Source: Bdellovibrionota bacterium | GTDB taxonomy: Bacteria > Bdellovibrionota_C > UBA2361 > JAAYZI01 | Assembly (NCBI GenBank): GCA_050950765.1 | Contig: JBMNIF010000002.1 | Span: forward strand, 800,001-864,000 | Direction: 5' to 3' | DNA: 64,000 nt | Shown: positions 61,199-64,000 of the stretch, in pieces | Layout of the letters: the number at the start of each line of letters is the position of its first letter | How positions within the stretch are numbered: position 1 is the first letter of the stretch | Notes under the pieces: model-generated | The model's database searches: none | Seen by the model: only the letters and a program-made list of their open reading frames with translations | What the model was told of the DNA's origin: nothing | Translations under genes and position numbers: made by a program

Positions 61199-61453
61199 AC
61201 GATTTTGCGCCAAGTATTTTTTATTAGTAAAAACAATATGTTAGAAGATTTCGCAGCTTCTCTTGAGGCATTCTCAAAATAATATTGGTGTGTTATAGCT
61301 AAGGATGGGGTACTAACCCTTAGCCCGCATTGTACGGTAATGACTTGGTATAACGGATGTTGCTATGCAGATTTCGCGACATAGGTAAACGCAGTTAATA
61401 CTTTGAGATGCGTTAGGTGTGCGGAGCTTACGAAGGATAATTAGGAGAAAATA

Positions 61454-62179
61454 ATGAGAGGACGAGGAAGAAACGACGGTCGTAATAATAGTGGCCGCCA
61501 GCATGGAGGAAGTAGAAGAGGCGCTCCACGTAATAGTCGTAACGGAGGCAGTAGTTATAGAGATCAAAACAGATCAAGGGGACATGGAAGACATGATCCG
61601 AGAGCAGCTGCAACGAGTGGTAATCAACGTGAACGTATCGCCATAGAAAGTGGAAGTCTTGTTTTAATCGATCAATTTATGTTGGCAAATCCGCAGTTTG
61701 TTGATCGATTATTGGAGATTATTGATGATGGTCCAGAGGTAAAGGATGAATTAATCCGTAAATATGGTGGTGCCGTAGTCGAGCTACCCGTTGGAACGTA
61801 CAAAATTAAGAGAGATCCTTATGCTTATACGATAGTGATTCATCGTGACAACGTTCCAAATTCTAAAGAAGAGTTGATGGAATTAGCAACAGAGTCGCAG
61901 GGGTGTACCTATATTGATACGCGTTGCTTAGCTATGATCGATCGGGAGTTGCTTGATGACAGTTTGCTTTTGGAAAAATATCAACAGCTCTGGTTCGGTG
62001 GTCATGAAAAAGCGTGTCGTGACTTGATTAGAGACAACGGCGGTGCTGTGCGTTACGGCTTTCGTAGATTCGGTGATGAATTAGGTGTCTATACAATTCC
62101 TGATGATGGTGTGGTGTGTTTATGGCCTGATTTAGCTGAAGGTGAAACGATTGAAGAGCAACAGGCTGAAGAGTATTAA
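61454..62179 (+). CDS. Hypothetical protein with disordered Arg/Gly-rich N-terminus
   Basis: AGGAG RBS; ~58-aa RG/N/S-rich tail, then an acidic globular domain. Confidence 0.75.
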   Translation: MRGRGRNDGRNNSGRQHGGSRRGAPRNSRNGGSSYRDQNRSRGHGRHDPRAAATSGNQRERIAIESGSLVLIDQFMLANPQFVDRLLEIIDDGPEVKDELIRKYGGAVVELPVGTYKIKRDPYAYTIVIHRDNVPNSKEELMELATESQGCTYIDTRCLAMIDRELLDDSLLLEKYQQLWFGGHEKACRDLIRDNGGAVRYGFRRFGDELGVYTIPDDGVVCLWPDLAEGETIEEQQAEEY

Positions 62180-62232
62180 CAGTCATAGTCTTAACCTACA
62201 AGATAATAAAGAATATCAATAAGGGATATAAG

Positions 62233-62263
62233 ATGAGGGGCTTTATAACGCCTCTCATTTTTT
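62233..62263 (+). terminator. Probable Rho-independent terminator
   Basis: ATGAGGGGGC...GCCTCTCAT followed by a T run. Confidence 0.55.
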
Positions 62264-62319
62264 TGGTAGAGTTTGGCTTGTTGTTTTTGTAACTAAAAGT
62301 GATACAGGAGAGAGATATT

Positions 62320-63057
62320 ATGCAAGGTAAAGTTGCGTTAGTTACAGGTGGTTCGCGCGGCATCGGTCGTGCTATCTGTTGTGAGTTTGCTAGAAGAGGT
62401 GCTCTTGTTTATGTCAATTATTCTTCGCGCTCTGATGCGGCAGAGGAGAGTGTAAAACTTTGCAAAGAGCTGGGTGGAGATGCACTGCTTTTGCCGTTTG
62501 ATGTAGCTAATTCTGAGGGTGTTGATGCCGCTATTAACGAGATTAAGGATCGTTCAGGAAAACTTGATATTCTCGTTAATAATGCAGGAATTACACGTGA
62601 TGGACTCCTTATTCGTATGAAAGACGATGATTGGCAGAGTGTAATTTCAACCAACCTTTCCGGTGCATTTTATTGTGCACGTGCTGCAGCACGCTTGATG
62701 ATGAAATCCCGTAGCGGTAGAATCGTCAATATGGCTTCTGTGGTTGGGCAAACTGGCAATGCAGGACAGGCGGCATATGTGGCAGCTAAGGCTGGTTTGA
62801 TCGGGCTTACGAAGTCTTTGGCGAAAGAATTAGCTTCCCGTGAGATAACAGTTAATGCAGTGGCTCCAGGCTTTATCAGTACCGATATGACGGAGAAGCT
62901 TCCTGAAGATCTTAAGGAAGCACATAAGAAAAATATTCCGTTGGGACGTTTCGGTACGCCGGAAGATATTGCAGCGGCAGTTGCATTTTTAGCTAGTGAT
63001 GCGGCTAATTATATTACGGGTCAGATCCTTGCTGTAAACGGCGGTATGTATATGTAA
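62320..63057 (+). CDS. fabG: 3-oxoacyl-ACP reductase
   Basis: [39 protein letters not shown]. Confidence 0.96.
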   Translation: MQGKVALVTGGSRGIGRAICCEFARRGALVYVNYSSRSDAAEESVKLCKELGGDALLLPFDVANSEGVDAAINEIKDRSGKLDILVNNAGITRDGLLIRMKDDDWQSVISTNLSGAFYCARAAARLMMKSRSGRIVNMASVVGQTGNAGQAAYVAAKAGLIGLTKSLAKELASREITVNAVAPGFISTDMTEKLPEDLKEAHKKNIPLGRFGTPEDIAAAVAFLASDAANYITGQILAVNGGMYM

Positions 63058-63414
63058 ATATCACTGTCTGTTTTTGGTTTTTTGTTTAATGTTTTTAGTT
63101 GGTTATCTTGTAAGGCGGTCGTACCTACAATGCTGTTTTGTTGTGCGAGTTGCCGCTTTTTGTGTTTAAGATATTTTAATCTTTGTCGCAGGGCTTGAAA
63201 AAATTTTTCAAACTGGGCAGGCTTAGATAAAATTAGTTGGCTTGAAAATTATTTTTTAAGCTGTCTTGTGTGTGTTAATTGAACTGAGTAGTCTTTACTT
63301 CTTTTTTATAAAAGATTGAAGTAGTGATCTTCTTAGGATAACGAAAGAATATATTGTAGCGCTGAGAGCTTTACTTATCCGTAGAATGTACTCTCTGATA
63401 AAAGTAACGTTCTC

Positions 63415-63443
63415 TTGACATGTGCGGTGTGTATTCTATAAAT
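63415..63443 (+). promoter_or_regulatory. Sigma70-type promoter candidate for acpP
   Basis: TTGACA-N16-TATAAAT. Confidence 0.5.
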
Positions 63444-63509
63444 GAGAGATTGTGTTGCAGGTAGTTTTTTTGACTACTTGGTTTACGTCATTTTTTGGGA
63501 GACGAAATA

Positions 63510-63752
63510 ATGTCATCGAGTGATGAGATCGCTGAGCGAATTAAAAGTATCATTGTTGAACAATTGAGTGTATCTGCAGAGGAGGTAACTCCTGAGGCTT
63601 CTTTCATAGAGGATTTGGGTGCAGATTCTTTGGATATCGTCGAATTGATTATGGCTCTTGAAGAGGAATATGACATTGAAATTCCGGATGCAGATGCAGA
63701 GAAGATTCAGACGGTTCAAGATGTAATCACATATATTCAGGGTCGCAAGTAA
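63510..63752 (+). CDS. acpP: Acyl carrier protein
   Basis: [27 protein letters not shown] before ATG 63510. Confidence 0.97.
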   Translation: MSSSDEIAERIKSIIVEQLSVSAEEVTPEASFIEDLGADSLDIVELIMALEEEYDIEIPDADAEKIQTVQDVITYIQGRK

Positions 63753-63866
63753 GCAACTTTAACGGCTGTTTACAGAGGTGTGAGCTTTGCTTGTTTTAGA
63801 AGGCTCATGCACTGCGGCTATATATCGTCTGTCAGGTCTTTGCAGGTTTGGCAGACTCATCAAGCA

Positions 63867-64000
63867 ATGCGTTGCCCTAAGTGTAATTCAGAAAATTCTT
63901 CAGTCGTTGACTCTCGTACGGACGGGGTTGTAACTCGGCGACGACGCGAGTGCCAAGGGTGCCACTTCAGATTTTCTACGTTGGAGCGGATTGAGTATTC
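63867..64000 (+). CDS. nrdR: Transcriptional repressor NrdR (5' part)
   Basis: Manual translation: MRCPKC...VVDSR....TRRRREC..C.FRFST.ER. Confidence 0.92.
   Translation, partial: MRCPKCNSENSSVVDSRTDGVVTRRRRECQGCHFRFSTLERIEY

Overview
AT-rich bacterial chromosomal window. Gene content (pilD, three sigma54 activators, HDOD, Cys/Asp-rich surface proteins, sigma28-type promoters) suggests a deltaproteobacteria-like or Bdellovibrionota-like lineage; this is inference. Housekeeping genes (gyrA, gpsA, skp, pssA, pgi, rmuC, fabG, acpP, partial nrdR) are interspersed with accessory loci. Two complete IS1634-family elements are present, each with terminal IRs and 6-bp target duplications. Most notable: (1) three tandem secreted 7-bladed RCC1-propeller genes with hypervariable loops, exact blade-sized DNA segments exchanged between paralogs, and a sigma28/FliA-type promoter before each; (2) a CRISPR-independent Cas4-like nuclease split into two membrane-anchored polypeptides, also behind a sigma28-like promoter; (3) a modular repeat array built on a 16-bp core, two related 44/45-bp arrays 38 kb apart, and many local duplications at gene ends. 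No CRISPR array, tRNA, rRNA or reverse transcriptase was recognised. All family assignments come from motifs read by eye, not database searches.
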